Made by a program: the position numbers and the translations under genes
Part shown: positions 1 through 16,638 of the stretch, in pieces
Layout of the letters: each line of letters starts with the position of its first letter
Position numbering within the stretch: position 1 is the stretch's first letter
Assembly: GCF_009914755.1 (NCBI RefSeq)
Contig: NC_060932.1
DNA length: 64,000 nucleotides
Strand: one strand, 5' to 3'
Origin: the human T2T-CHM13v2.0 reference genome, Homo sapiens
Notes under the pieces: generated by a model
Seen by the model: only the letters and a program-made list of their open reading frames with translations
What the model was told of the DNA's origin: nothing
Database searches by the model: none

Positions 1-169
<169 letters not shown>

Positions 170-218
170 TCACCTGGGGGTGGGGGAGGGAGAGACGATC
201 TTTTTAAAACAAACTCAC

Positions 219-272
219 CTGGCAGCATAAACAAATAAGACAGATAAAACCAGAGCTCTCAAGCTGTTTTGC
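219..272 (-). other. Candidate 54-nt internal exon of an unidentified minus-strand transcript
   Basis: Minus strand reads a long pyrimidine tract ...atcctttcttcag|GCAAAAC...GCTGCCAG|gtgagt, i.e. strong acceptor and consensus donor. Confidence 0.35.
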
Positions 273-312
273 CTGAAGAAAGGATTGGAGAACCAAGAGA
301 AGAAGAAAGGAG

Positions 313-683
<371 letters not shown>

Positions 684-771
684 AGGAGAATATATTTTTA
701 AAACAAATTCACCTGGGAGGAGGGAGGGAATGAAGAAGGGAGGAAGGGAAGAGAAGGAAAGGAAGGGAGAG

Positions 772-970
772 TTTTGTTTTTTTTTTTTTTTTTTTTTTTG
801 GAGGCAGAGTCTCACTCTGTCTCCCAGACTGGAGTGCAGTGGTGCGATCTCAGCTCGCTGCAACCTCTGCCTCCCAGGTTCAAGCAATTCTCATGTCTCA
901 GCCTCCGCCGAATAGCTGGGATGACAGGCACCTGCCACCACACCCGGCTAATTTTTGTATGTTTTTAGAC
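772..970 (-). mobile_element. Alu right arm (5'-truncated)
   Basis: Poly-T, right-arm consensus and linker, then abrupt end. Confidence 0.9.
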
Positions 971-1284
971 ATAAAACATGCTGGAAGGAGGAGACTTAGG
1001 ATCTTGATTTAGATGAGGAATTCATGAATTGAATTTATTGGATTTTTAAGAGAGTTTTAGTGAAATGAATCAAAAGTCAAGTACACAATTCTCCAGAAAT
1101 TGTTTGAAAATTAATTTTTGTGATGTGAAAAATAAGTAGCCACTATTGTATACAATTCTGTATTTGTGTTTTGGGCCAGTATGGCAAATCATGGCGTATT
1201 TAAAAAAAAAAATCTGTAAAGAAAAACTTCGTTATCCACATGTTAAAGTACAAAGGGAATATTGATAGTTAAAATAATTATACA

Positions 1285-1758
<474 letters not shown>

Positions 1759-2111
1759 CTATCTTTTAAAAGCATTTCTGGGAGATAACTTAAATTTTAA
1801 AAATATTTTATTACAAGAAAAACATCTGCAAGAATCTGGTGGATGTCTTAACATCTAAATCTCTGAGCATAGACGCTGAGGCCTATGCTAATAAAGGTCA
1901 AGGTGTTTCCTGTTCCTTTGTATGAATAGAAGTGTGAAAAGCATGCCTTGTGTGAACGTAAACAAATGACTTAGAAAGTTTTTACTGATTTTCTGAAATG
2001 TATATTTCATAATAGGGAAGTGTCAATGGTAACATCATAAAGTTTACAGTGATTTAATATTTTACATGCAGTGATTTAGAAATAGCTTCTGTGATTTGGA
2101 ATATTTTAGTA

Positions 2112-2182
2112 TTAGGTTTGTGCAAAAGTAATTTCCATTGCTTTTAATGGCAAAAATTGCATTTACTTTTGCATCAACCTAA
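2112..2182. mobile_element. MADE1 (Hsmar1-derived MITE)
   Basis: ttaggtttgtgcaaaagtaat...atttacttttgcatcaacctaa terminal inverted repeats, preceded by TA. Confidence 0.9.
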
Positions 2183-2817
2183 TGGTAGCTTTTAAGGTCT
2201 TCAAAGCAGAAAGAATCAATGGCAAAACGTTAAAAGCAGCTTTCACTTGGCTAAGATGCCAAATTAACTTTAACCAAAGCAAGTTGTAGAGTCTAGGCTA
2301 AATGGTAGATTAATGTAATTCCTTATTTTCACCAGGAGCTTCCCTGCTATGTAATGTGTACAACTATTATCTATGCTCATGATATATATGTATGTGTTAT
2401 AAGGGAATTAAATTCACTTCTATTTGTGAAGTTTTAATTTTGTACACAGTAACTGAGGTTTCATTGAGTTACCTCAGTTTAGAGAGCATGAGGTGCTAGG
2501 AATGTGATATTTGGGTTACTTGTAAAGTAGAAAAAGGAAGTTAAAAGCATTCTTTAATGTGGATTTTTCCTATGGTGGATAAGGGAAAATTTATATTTTA
2601 TCAATGAAAAGCTCCATAAAATTAGTTGTGATTATTGTCATGAATATGTTGTCTCTGTTTTCTGGCTATAGACACTTATTTTGGTTATAGTAATCATTGT
2701 AAAGATGTTATTTTAAAATTTAATTAACTGTTTATACCTAAGATAGAAAACTTTCTTGAAATGTTTAGAGGTAATATGTGTTTGCAAAAGTGAATGAGGA
2801 AAAATGTCTGAAGTTGC

Positions 2818-3036
2818 TTTTTTTTTTTTTTCTTTTTTGAGACAGGGTTTCACTCTGTTGCCCAGGCTGGATGCAGTGGCATGATCTTGGCTCACTGTAG
2901 CCTCTACCTCCCGGGCTCAAGTGATCCTCTGCCTCTGCCTCCCCAGTAGCTGGGACCACAGGCATGCACCACCACACCCCGCTAATTTTTTATTTCGTAT
3001 TTGTAGAGACAGGGTTTCACCATGTTGCCAAGGCTG
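2818..3036 (-). mobile_element. AluJ, 5'-truncated
   Basis: Poly-T, right arm and part of the left arm. Confidence 0.9.
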
Positions 3037-3371
3037 AATTGCATCCTTAAACTCATACTTTGGTTTTTGTGATGTTATACCTGAATCAGATTTTGTACAG
3101 TATTTTCCTTCACTGTACACCTAGGTTTCAGGCAAATTGGAACCATTGCTGCTCCCTGAATATGCTCTGAAGTGTTGTCACCTCTGTTTCCTGCTCACAC
3201 TGTTCTTCTCATGGCAGTGCCAGTGCTTATGCAACCCTTGTGTATTTACCCCGTTTTCTCCTTCCTCAGACACTACCTACTTGAAGCTGTCCTCCCTCCT
3301 TCAGAGCTGAAATACTCCCTCTGACAATGTGTTCTGTCTTACCTTGTAATTATGCTTAGTTGTAGCTATTT

Positions 3372-3520
3372 CTTTTTATATTTTTATTTTTTGTATTTTT
3401 CGTAGAGACAGGGTTTCACCATGTTGGCCAGGCTGGTCTCGAACTCCGGAGCTCAGGTAATCTGCCCTCCTTGGCCTCCCAAAGTCCTGGGACTACAGGC
3501 GTGAGCCACTGCACCTGGCC
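3372..3520 (-). mobile_element. Free left Alu monomer (FLAM or AluS left arm)
   Basis: Single left arm with A-rich tail; TSD agttgtagctattt on both sides. Confidence 0.9.
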
Positions 3521-3848
3521 AGTTGTAGCTATTTTTTCTTGCTGCCAGCCCTTTAACAAAAGTATGGTGCATTAAAATACATTATAAGCCAGCAGCTTGC
3601 ACATAAAAATGGCTTGATAACATTTGGATAAATGAATAAACATTTGTTTTCTTAGGACCAAAAATAATATGTTTTTTTTTTCTCTCTAAAGTATTCATGT
3701 GCTTTGATATATAACAAACATTTAGGATATTCTTAATTAAATGAATATGGCAGTAAGAATCTTGAAAGAAAAACGGGACCATTCCAATTTATGGGTTGGT
3801 GGTAGGCCATGTCAGATCTGCCTAAAACACTTTATAAACAAATAATGG

Positions 3849-4143
<295 letters not shown>

Positions 4144-4420
4144 TTATTATTATTACTTATTGAGCCTTATGGAGTTTCTTGCACAGGGCCAAGAGTCCAT
4201 TCATTGCTCCTTCATTGCTTCTGTGTAGCCATGCTTTGGATTTAAGAATCATTCAATTTGATTTACCTTTACATTAAAAGCTATGCTGGTGTTTTAGGGG
4301 CAAGATTTACTTGCACTATTAAAATTGGCCTTCTCTCTGGTATAGGCCTTTATTTGGAGTCCCAGTTGCTCTCACTGTCTATGGTGGAAAGTAGAACTGC
4401 CTTTAGATCATAGTTGGTAG

Positions 4421-4737
<317 letters not shown>

Positions 4738-4756
4738 TAACACTCAATTTCACTCT

Positions 4757-4933
4757 GTATGTCAGGCTCTGTTCTAAGTACATTTATTAAGTCAATTGGA
4801 TTCTTATGTGAACCCTGTATGGTAGGTATAATATTATTATCCTTCACTCACAGGCATAGAGAGGTAGGTCTCATATTTAATAAGGGGCAGGCCCAGGATG
4901 TGAACCCAGGAAGTCTGGCTCCAGAGTTCATGC
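4757..4933 (-). mobile_element. MIR
   Basis: gtctggctccagagt and gaacccagg match the reverse complement of the MIR tRNA-like head. Confidence 0.7.
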
Positions 4934-5437
4934 ACCAGTGTCTAAGTTAAAGAGGCTATTCAAAGTCAAGAAAGTCCCTGTGTGTGTTTGAAGGAACTAC
5001 CAAAGATTTTTGAGCAAATGAGTAACACTGGCAGATTCCTACTTTTATAGTAAGCCCCAGCTCAAAGGGCCTCATCTGTGTTCCCCATTTGGTTGTTAAT
5101 CTCCTGAGGCTTGCCTAGCACTTAATTTATGTATGTTTTGCATCCACCATGTTGATCCTAATGTGTCCATTTACATGTCTGTCTACCCTAGTAAATGGGA
5201 CTTGACTAGTAAATGTGAGACAATGGGAGGGCAGTAATTGAGGATCCATTTTTCTCAACAAATCAGCCTAAATCATGATCTAATTAGAAACAATGTGCTG
5301 GCCTTGCAAACCAGCTTTTAGGCAAATGTCTTCCTTCCCATTCTAGAATGGGACCTCTCAACTCCTTTTATATGGAATGAGTAGATGCTACTAGATTCTG
5401 CAGCCTTTTGTCAGTTACATCCCAGCACAATCCCTGG

Positions 5438-5670
5438 CTCATTCATTCACCTGCGTGAGGGAGCAAGTGCTTTCCTCGAACAAGTACTTCCTTCCTTGCC
5501 AGGCACTGTTTTAGGTGGTGGGATTATAGCAGGGATCAAAACAGTTTGAAGTTTCTGCCCTTGGGAAGCTTATGTTCTAATTTGTAATACAATGTCAGGT
5601 AGTCTAAGTGCTGTGATAGAAAATGAAGAAGGGTTCTGGGGATTGAAAGTGGTAGAGAGAGCTCAGTTTT
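5438..5670 (-). mobile_element. L2 3' end fragment
   Basis: tcattcattc...ccaggcactgttttaggt...ctgcccttgggaagctta. Confidence 0.6.
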
Positions 5671-5702
5671 GACAGCCTACTGTGTACATACTGGGTGCCT
5701 CA

Positions 5703-6038
<336 letters not shown>

Positions 6039-6599
6039 CTAGAATGAACTATAATGTTATAATTCTATTCTGAAGGATGAATATTTTTTAAAGTAACCCA
6101 TGCTTAAAAATAAAGTCAGGCTCCAGTCCTAGATGAAGCTCAGCCCTGCTAGGAAATATTTGACTTGAATTCAAGAACTTGCTCACTTACTGAATTAAAA
6201 CAGAATGATAGTTTTCAGGGTCAAGTTTACAGGCATCTTTTAATTAATGAATTTGTTAATATTTTCCATCGGGGACCTGAAGAAGGATTTAGCTGGCTCT
6301 AAGATGACAGAGAAAAGGACTTTTCTGAGTGAATAAATTAGACATGCCAGCAATGGTGATAATTGGGAAGCTAGCCAAAATGTAGCTCAGCCAGGGCTCA
6401 TTCTCATTTAAAGTCATTCTGTGTCCTAGTCTGTCATCAGAAGAGCTGCTTTGAAGCCGGCTTCTCGGCTGCTTTGTTTGGCATTGGAGGACAACCACTA
6501 ATTAGGACGTTATGTATCTAAAGATGTAGCTGTTTCCAAGCCTTTGCCAGTTCTTCTTAGAACAATGAACTTAGAAAGCTTGGGGTTTGCATCCTGGCA

Positions 6600-7300
6600 C
6601 TGGAAGTTTGGAGGACACCCAGCTCCGATGTGACCACTTCTGAGAGCCTTCCCGCGCTCGCCTCTTCACCCCTTGCCTCCTCCACACCCCCTTCCCCGCA
6701 GAGCCGCATTCAAACCCTGGGTGAGCTCGGCTCCTGTTGTATTAGTGCTGCTTTATCTGTGCCCCCTCCTTAGGCTACTTTGGGACCCATTCAGGACTGG
6801 GAGCTGCCTTGTCCATCCTGTTATCCCCAGCAGCTCACAGCGCCTGACATATGGTGGGTTCTTAATAATTTCTGGTGGAATTGAGTTTGATCAAAGGGTC
6901 CACTTGAGCATACTCTCTTAGGAGAAAGAGAAGTGCCTTCGAGTCTGTGGCCTACATTATCTTCTTAAAGCAGGCAATGGAAGCAGAAATGAAGCCCTGC
7001 TGCTTGTTGATACTCAATTCTCCGAGTGCAAGTGCCAAGGCACGCCTGGCCACCTGCTCCCGCTTAACGGGTGGGCCCTGCGGGTGTGACAGGAGGGGTG
7101 GCCCGTCCGGCCTCGTGTTCCAAGTGCCAGAAGGACAAGCCCACAGTGGTAGGGATTTCCCTTTGAAAAGACATCTGTGCCACTTCACTGTTCTGTGCTC
7201 TGCCTTTGCTGAACTGCTCAAGCCACTCGCTTGCAAGAGCCATTTCTTGATTTTCATATATCCTCAAAAAGAAGAGTCAGCAGGTTTTTTCTTGTTAAAG
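6600..7300. promoter_or_regulatory. Candidate promoter/enhancer (local CpG clusters, kB site)
   Basis: Non-repeat CpG clusters at about 6620-6730 and 7020-7120; GGGATTTCCC at 7152-7161; CACCC boxes; donor-like TGG|GTGAGC at 6720/6721. Confidence 0.35.
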
Positions 7301-8149
7301 TGAGCTTTGGAAGTGACAGATGGACCGTGTTAGCAAAGGTGAAGAATGTTTCTTCCACTCCTTATCACCTCTTTCCTGCTCTCCTACTTTGGTTACTCGC
7401 AATTTTTTCCTAGGCAAGTCTGAGAATACTAAACATTAGGCCAACTTCAAATTGATTTCCACTGCCTCTCAGGAGGGAAGATGTTTCTACTAACTTTTCT
7501 TTGGGAGCAATTTGAATCTGTTTACTTATATCTACTATGTTTCCTATGAAGTGAGAAGCCAAAAGCTTATGGCTTGCTTTTGGGTCAGCGGGGGCCAAGA
7601 CTGTGACCAACTGGTAATTTCAAAAAATACAGCACAGAAGTGGAATAATCTCTTTAAGGAATGCCATCCTCAAAGTCAGAGGGCAAATCTCTGGAAGTGA
7701 GCCCCTCTGCCAGTGGAGAGAGAGGGGTTGAGGTGGGGGGTAACTGATGGATCTTTGAGCCCAAGGAGGCAGGAAAGGTGGGAATACTAGAGGAAAAACA
7801 GCACTTCCATTGTGCCTGGAGGGAGGAAAACCACCAGGGTATAGATGTAGACAGGGACAGCTTCCTTCCCACGACTTCTCATTCCTTATGAAGTTGGGAG
7901 TGTGATATTCTTTGGAAGGAACAGAGTATGGTTCCCTCCATACCCTGGAAAGAAGTGGTGGGACAAGAGATTTGAGGAATGGGAAGAATTTGAATTGGCT
8001 GCCATGGAGACCGGCAGGGAGAGCTGATCGGGATACCCAGAGGGATTGTTGGTCTGCCCTGGGGGCCCTTGCAGTCGGAGACCATGAACTTGTACTTGCC
8101 CAGCCATGAGATCCAGAGGCATTTATGCAAATTCCCTTTGAAGCCAAAG

Positions 8150-9300
8150 TTTAGAAGTGGGAGTTGGGGGTGGCGGAGCTAGAGTTATCCAGGTTTGGGG
8201 ATTTGCCAGGGGAGTGCAATGTAAAGATAATGTACATGGCAGGGGAGTTAAAGAGATTTATAAGGCAGATGCACCGTGGAGTCTGGGTTTGATAGGGAAG
8301 GAAGTAAAAACAGGAAGGGGTTGATAGAAAAGGAGAAAGTAGAGGAGTCAAGATATTGAACCTCTTGCTGAAATAAAATACAGGTGTGGTAGCAGTCACT
8401 GGAATGAAAGGTGGTAGCTTGAGATCTGAGTAGACTGGATTAAAGGCTTCAGAGATAGAGCAATTGTGGATGGTGAAAAGGTCCAGGGAGTGGTGAAAGA
8501 AAGGGTGGTTTAGGTGTCATTGAGAGGACACTCCTCTGAGATCAAAGAACTGAAATCTTGAAGCTATAAAGGACCTGGTGTGAAAAGGAAGACTGGGCAA
8601 GTTGCCAAAGGCTTCCGGAATGAGGAGGAGGAATGACTGGAGGTTGGCATCTGACATTGGCAATGTGGACTGTAAAGGCTGGTTTGGCATCAGCCTGAAT
8701 GAATAGAGGAAATGTCACCTGGAACTGACATTGTGGTTCTTCTCTCAACTCCTAGGTGCAGTCTGTGGGGTGAGGGAGAATAAGTGGCATCCCCTTGAGA
8801 GGAGAACAGGGGAGACGCAGTGTCCCTGCAAGGATGAGCAAGGTGGAGAGAAGGACCCATTGGTGATATGGCTTCAGATGAGAGATTTTTACCATGGAAT
8901 GAAGTTCTAGAGGGCTCAGATAAAGGTTATGCAGAGAGGGAGCAATGAGAGGTTGGTGAATGGCGAGGAAGATCAGATCTCTTGTGGATGTTAGAGTGTA
9001 GCCAAAGAGATGACCTGAGAAGCCTGCATTTTGGCCCTTGACTAAAGAAAATGGGAATTTGGTGTTTGGAGACACTAGCTGGCTACAAGTTTTCTAAAAG
9101 AATGAGTTCCAGAAGTCGTCTAGTGCATGGGAGGAGGTAGAGTAGGACTCCAGGCCTTCTAGAAGGAGGTAGCCTTCCTTGGACTGAGGAGGAATGATTT
9201 TCCCACAGAACAAAGAGCATGATCAGAGGCACAGAGGGAGTTTCACGATACCAGGGTCCAGAAACTAAGTAGGTCAGTGCCGCTGGGATGCAGTGTTTGT
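8150..9300 (-). mobile_element. L2 ORF2 fossil including the endonuclease region
   Basis: Purine-rich + strand typical of antisense L2; minus strand gives HSLDLFTIHNC near 8460-8495, resembling the L2 EN motif HTLDLVITNNC. Confidence 0.6.
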
Positions 9301-9581
9301 GGAAGAGTGCCTGCCTGTCAGGTGGGGCCAGATTATGAGAAGCCTTGCAGCACTTACTCAGGACTTTAGACTTTATGCAGAGATGTGACGCAATGAGAGT
9401 TCCCTGATGCCAGCGAGAAGGGCGGGCTGAGGGCAGACCAGGCAGGAGACCAGGAGCATGGACATTCCTGGCACGGAGAACATAAAGTGATGAGAGCTAC
9501 AGAGGAGTCAGAAGTGATACCCAATGAGAGAGAAAGAGAGACAAAGTGGCAGGGGAAGAGAGGAGAGATAACTAGGAGAGA

Positions 9582-9890
9582 GGCCAGATGCGGAGGCTCA
9601 TGCCTATAGTCCCAGCATTTTGGGAGGCCAAGGTGGGCGGATCACTTGAGGTCAGGAATTCGAGACCAGCCTGGCCAACATGGTGAAACCCCGTCTCTAC
9701 TAAAAATACAAAAATCAGCCTGGTGTGGTGATGTGTGCCTGTAGTCCCAGCTACTCGGGAGGCTGAGGCAGAAAATTGCTTGAACCCAGGAGGTGGAGGC
9801 TGCAGTGAGCTGAGATCGCATCACAGCACTCCAGCCTGGGCGACAGAGTGAGACTCTGTCTCAAAAAAGAAAGAAAGAAAGAAAGAAAGA
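9582..9890 (+). mobile_element. AluS with (GAAA)n tail
   Basis: Full dimer; TSD taggagaga. Confidence 0.94.
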
Positions 9891-10035
9891 TAGGAGAGAA
9901 TGAGAGCTAGAGACAGAGAGAGAGAAATAAGGGGATGGGAGTAGAGAGATAGGTGAGAGAGAGGAGAGAGAGAGAAGAGAGACAGAGACATAAGAGAGAG
10001 AGAGACAGAGAGAGAAGGTGCTGAGAAGAGGGAGG
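9891..10035 (+). repeat. GA-rich low-complexity tract
   Basis: Degenerate (GA)n. Confidence 0.8.
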
Positions 10036-10626
10036 AAACTTCAGAACACTAAGGTCTGCCCAGGCTTATACCACAGGAACATCTGAACAGTAACACAGGT
10101 ACTAAGGAATGGATCTTTTTGTACATTTGGCTTTTTTGCATCTGATGTGAACAGATAAGTATAGTAGCTGTTTGTTATGCTTCCTTTTAATAAATGATGA
10201 TTATCAACTGTCATAAACCTCCTGCAATTTAGATTCAGATCCTGCATCACTTAGAAACCAAATATATGTGCATCATTGATGCTGCAGTGACCACATCACC
10301 TGAAAATCCTTAAATGAGACATCATTATTCTTGATTTGTAAATTTATTCATGCTCTGTCTTCTTTAATTAAAGATTCCAGGGAAAAGTAATTCAGAAAGA
10401 GGAGGACAGACTAGAGAATTAAAAGGTAACTAAAATAAAGGTCTACGTAGGGACCTAAGGTAAAATTTAGTGCTCTGAAGAGCTACGGAGACTAATGAAT
10501 TCACACGGTGAATATTAGATGTGAAATTCTCAGTTGTTGACCCTTGGGTTGTTTAAACATTCTGAATTTATCTGGATTTCTCCATGATGGAAGTTGACAA
10601 AACTATTTAATATTAACTCATCACTA

Positions 10627-10986
<360 letters not shown>

Positions 10987-12729
10987 CTATATAGACTGGG
11001 AAGTTCAGTCCCATGATAGGTAATAGGTAGATTATTTTTGCTGACCTCCTGATCGTTAGTTTGTCTTACAATGTTTTCATGACCATCGTCTCCAAGTTGG
11101 AGCCAAACGTCTTTATTTTACAAGATTTTTCACCAGTGGTCACTCTCCAGTTGAATGAACATTTGCTTGTTCATTCTTCTCATTTTAAAAGTCTTATTCC
11201 ATCTTACTAGAAGCCACTTGTTTACATTCTGGAGCCCAATACAGTAATAGAGACTGTTTTTCTTATTGTATATCTCTGTGGTCTGAGTTCCTTAACCTGC
11301 ATGATGACAAATGGAGTACAGGCCATCGATATATGTGTGTGTCTGTGTGCTTGCATGCAAGTGTGTGCGTTCTTGTACATGAGAGTGAACTGGTCCTGGG
11401 TCAGATTCAAAGTCAGAATTTGAAACTTAAGAGTTCTCTGTAATTCCAGCTTCCACCTGCTGTGAGGTGTTGTGCAGACATGATAATAAAGTTTGTAGCT
11501 GGAGGGGCCTTAGGTTATCTGATCCATCCTATTCTCCTGGCCCGAAGTCATGCAGAGGCAGTGAGACAGAGCAGGACCAGAACCCACATTTCTTGACCTC
11601 CCAGTTACTCGGTTTGCATCTGTGAATCAGGATAATTGAAACACTGTTGTAATTTTGATGGAGAATGCAGAAATGAAGATTTGTCCTTTAAAATAAATAT
11701 TTTAAGGATGAGAATAGAAAGCAGGAGAACTTGGCATTGGGTGGAGCTTCTCCTAAGGGCTCATCTCACAGGTGTGGATGTTTCTGGTGTTTGGGTGCCG
11801 TCGGGCCTGGAGGGGAAAGGCACCCTCCCTCATCATGACATCCATACATGAGGGCTACATTCTAGAATAGCACACAGGGCAGAAATGTAGCAAAGTGAAG
11901 GCCTCCCACTGAAAATATTTTAGGAAGAGACTGGCATAGTGTCTCAGGAAGACAAAACAACTAGCATTTCCTCCCGCATTGGACAGGTGACAGTTTCTTC
12001 ATGGAAGCACTAGGGGAAGTCACTGGTTTGCATTTAGGGGCCATGGTGTGCCCCAAACACACATCTCTTTTGCCACTGAGCAATGAGACGCTCACCCTTC
12101 CAGAGGCCCATGGTCCACGGCTAACTGAGGCGACAGTAGGGTCAGTCTTCATCCCAGCTTACTCTGGACTAAGCTCAGAGGGAGCAGGGCAGACAGTGGC
12201 ATCTATGCTACATGAAAACAAAAAACTCTCTAGAGGTTTTAAATTGTAATCGGATAACTGTATTTAAATAATTTAAAAGCATATTTGCATGGTCAATGCC
12301 ACCATAGATTATTATTTTGTTGAAACCAATTAATTCCAATACAAAAGTCATCTAAATGAGATTGTCTCAGTCCGTCAACAGACTTCTCTCTTCTTTTATG
12401 TACTTTCTTCCCACCACTTACTTACTTTTGCCAAACATATCTTCTATTTTTTTAGTAGAATTATTTTAAACACCTGCTAACTCCTACTAATTATATATTG
12501 TTTAGAAAATGATACTCACTTTCTATGTCCTTCTATTTACTTTTTTGTCTATTCCCTTCTCTAAGCTTGTCAGCTACAGCTTGTTTACTCTTTAGAGGTA
12601 AGGGTAAGGGCTTTTTTTTTTTTAAATTAAAAAAAATTTTATATGTTTATCATCTTGGAGGTGTGTTTAGGTAAAATCATATTTAATGACTTCCCCCTCC
12701 TTCAATTTTTCCTCTATTGCATTATTCTA

Positions 12730-13200
<471 letters not shown>

Positions 13201-13404
13201 TAATTAATGGGAACAACTAAGATGTTCAGTTTTTAACATAATACTTGCATTCTAAATTACATGCAAATTGCTGCTGCCTGAGGATAAAGAATATTTTTAT
13301 TGTTAGTTATCATCTCATTTTATTTCATCCCCACAGAACATTTGGGGTTGGGCTATGAAACTGTTTTGAGTAGGGAGATTTCCTCATATCTTTTTATTTC
13401 TTTT

Positions 13405-13572
13405 AGTCTTTAATGGACTTTGTTTTTTAGAGCAGTGTTAGGTTCCCAGCAAAATTGAGCAGAAAATACAAAGATTTCTTATACACTCCCTGTCCCTGCC
13501 ACCCCCCATCTTCCCCCACTATGAACATCCTGCACCAGAGTGGTCCATTTTTACAATCGATGAACCTACAAA
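13405..13572 (-). mobile_element. L1MC-type 3' end
   Basis: ttagagcagtgttaggttcccagcaaaattgagcagaaaatac...gatgaacctaca. Confidence 0.75.
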
Positions 13573-14604
13573 TGGCTTTTTTTTTTTTAATCATAATACT
13601 CTCAGGATAAGGTAGCAGGTCAAAGGGGCACAGCTGCATCTTAACCTTTCATTATCTCTTCAAGATGCAGGACCTACTTGGAATTGGATGGACTGGTTAG
13701 AATAGTACAATCAGTGTGTCCTGTCTGACTGTCCCTTTTCTTGTCTCTTCTCCTTTATGAAGTTCTTTAAGGACCTCAAAATGCAGAACTGCAGCAGGAA
13801 CCCGACAATGGGGTGGGAGACAAAGCCAGCTTCAGAGATGCCAGTGTTTACGCTGAAGGGACGTGGGCAGAATCCGCCGACAAATAATCACACCACAGTC
13901 CATTGAGCCCGAGCGAGGTCCCAGTGGGAGTGGTGAATGAGTAACTAGTGTCCCCAGCAGCCCTCTTCATTCTGCATGATAGCACAGAATAAACCATGCC
14001 GGGGCGGCGAGGATCCCACCCTCCAGTTACTGTTTCCTCAACCCGGCTGCCCCAGTGCTCACTCCTCTGGCCAGCATGCAGGCACAAGCTTGGAGAATCG
14101 GGCAGGAAGACGCAGCTAAGCATTAACTTTCAAATTCAGCTCTGCCCAAATTAAAGAGAGGGACGGGGTATATAGAGTTCTCAGAACTGTGTCTGGATGG
14201 TCAGCATATTCCATGTTGATTTCTTTTTTGCAAGGTCACCATGCTATTAGTTACAGAAGTGATAATATTATTTCTTCTCTCCAAACAACCAGATGTTTTA
14301 AAAGTTAATAGAAGTGGAATTTGAACCTGAGATGTAAAAATGAGCCAAGAACAAGGTCTCAGAAAGCCTCCTGGTAACTTCTGTCTATTGATTTACTAAA
14401 AGAGGAAGAAAAACATCATAAAAACAAAAGATGAAGAGGAAATCTTCACTTTTTTTAGACTTTTCCATCTTCATGTCTGTTGTCAAGTATTTTGTCAAGA
14501 AATGCATTATAACCTCATTTAAAAAAATAAACAGAACTTATGAAGCAATTCTCTTGGAGAATAACTGGAATAGTTTCTAGCGATGTTTCAAAAGACAGAC
14601 TCAC

Positions 14605-14733
14605 CTGCCTGGTGTTTTTGTAGGTCTGGTGATGGTCTGTGTTCAGCTGAGCAGAATGAAACAGCGCTGACAGACAGAAGACACCTCACCCTCTGTCTTT
14701 CACTTTGGCAAAGTGGGCATCTGATTTACAGGA
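14605..14733 (-). ncRNA. Candidate non-coding 129-nt exon
   Basis: Minus strand tgttttatttcccag|TCCTG...GGCAG|gtgagt; stop codons in all three frames. Confidence 0.35.
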
Positions 14734-15131
14734 CTGGGAAATAAAACACACACACAAAACCTATACCTCTTTTGGCTTACCGTATGTTGTTTCATCATCA
14801 ACTGGCTCACTTAACCATGAATGTGAAAGGTTGAAAAGCTTATTTAAATGTGGGCTACTGAACTTTCCTGGGGCTACAAGAACTGATACTTTGTTCAGCC
14901 ATTACACTCAGTGAAACTCTCTTTTTAAATGAACCTCGTTTCACATTATACAAACTGGACCAGACTGGCTGGAAAGGGCAGGAGGCTCCCTGTGCAGGCC
15001 CACGGTGGAAGGGGGCCAGCGTGATTGCAGACAGGGTCCCCCTCTGCTGGAAAGCTTCCAATTCTCTAACTACCAGCATCTTCCATTTTCCCTATTAGCT
15101 TTCTCCTGTGATAATTTTTCTACTTTTACCT

Positions 15132-16039
<908 letters not shown>

Positions 16040-16089
16040 ATCTGTTTTGGTAAATGGCTGTAAAAACATTAAGACATTAACATCTAAAG

Positions 16090-16638
<549 letters not shown>

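Noticed and set aside
2451-2479. 9-bp inverted repeat aactgaggt...acctcagtt
   Set aside because: Short arms with an 11-nt loop are expected by chance at this window size
10280-10560. Possible CR1/L3 fossil
   Set aside because: Similarity too weak to call by eye
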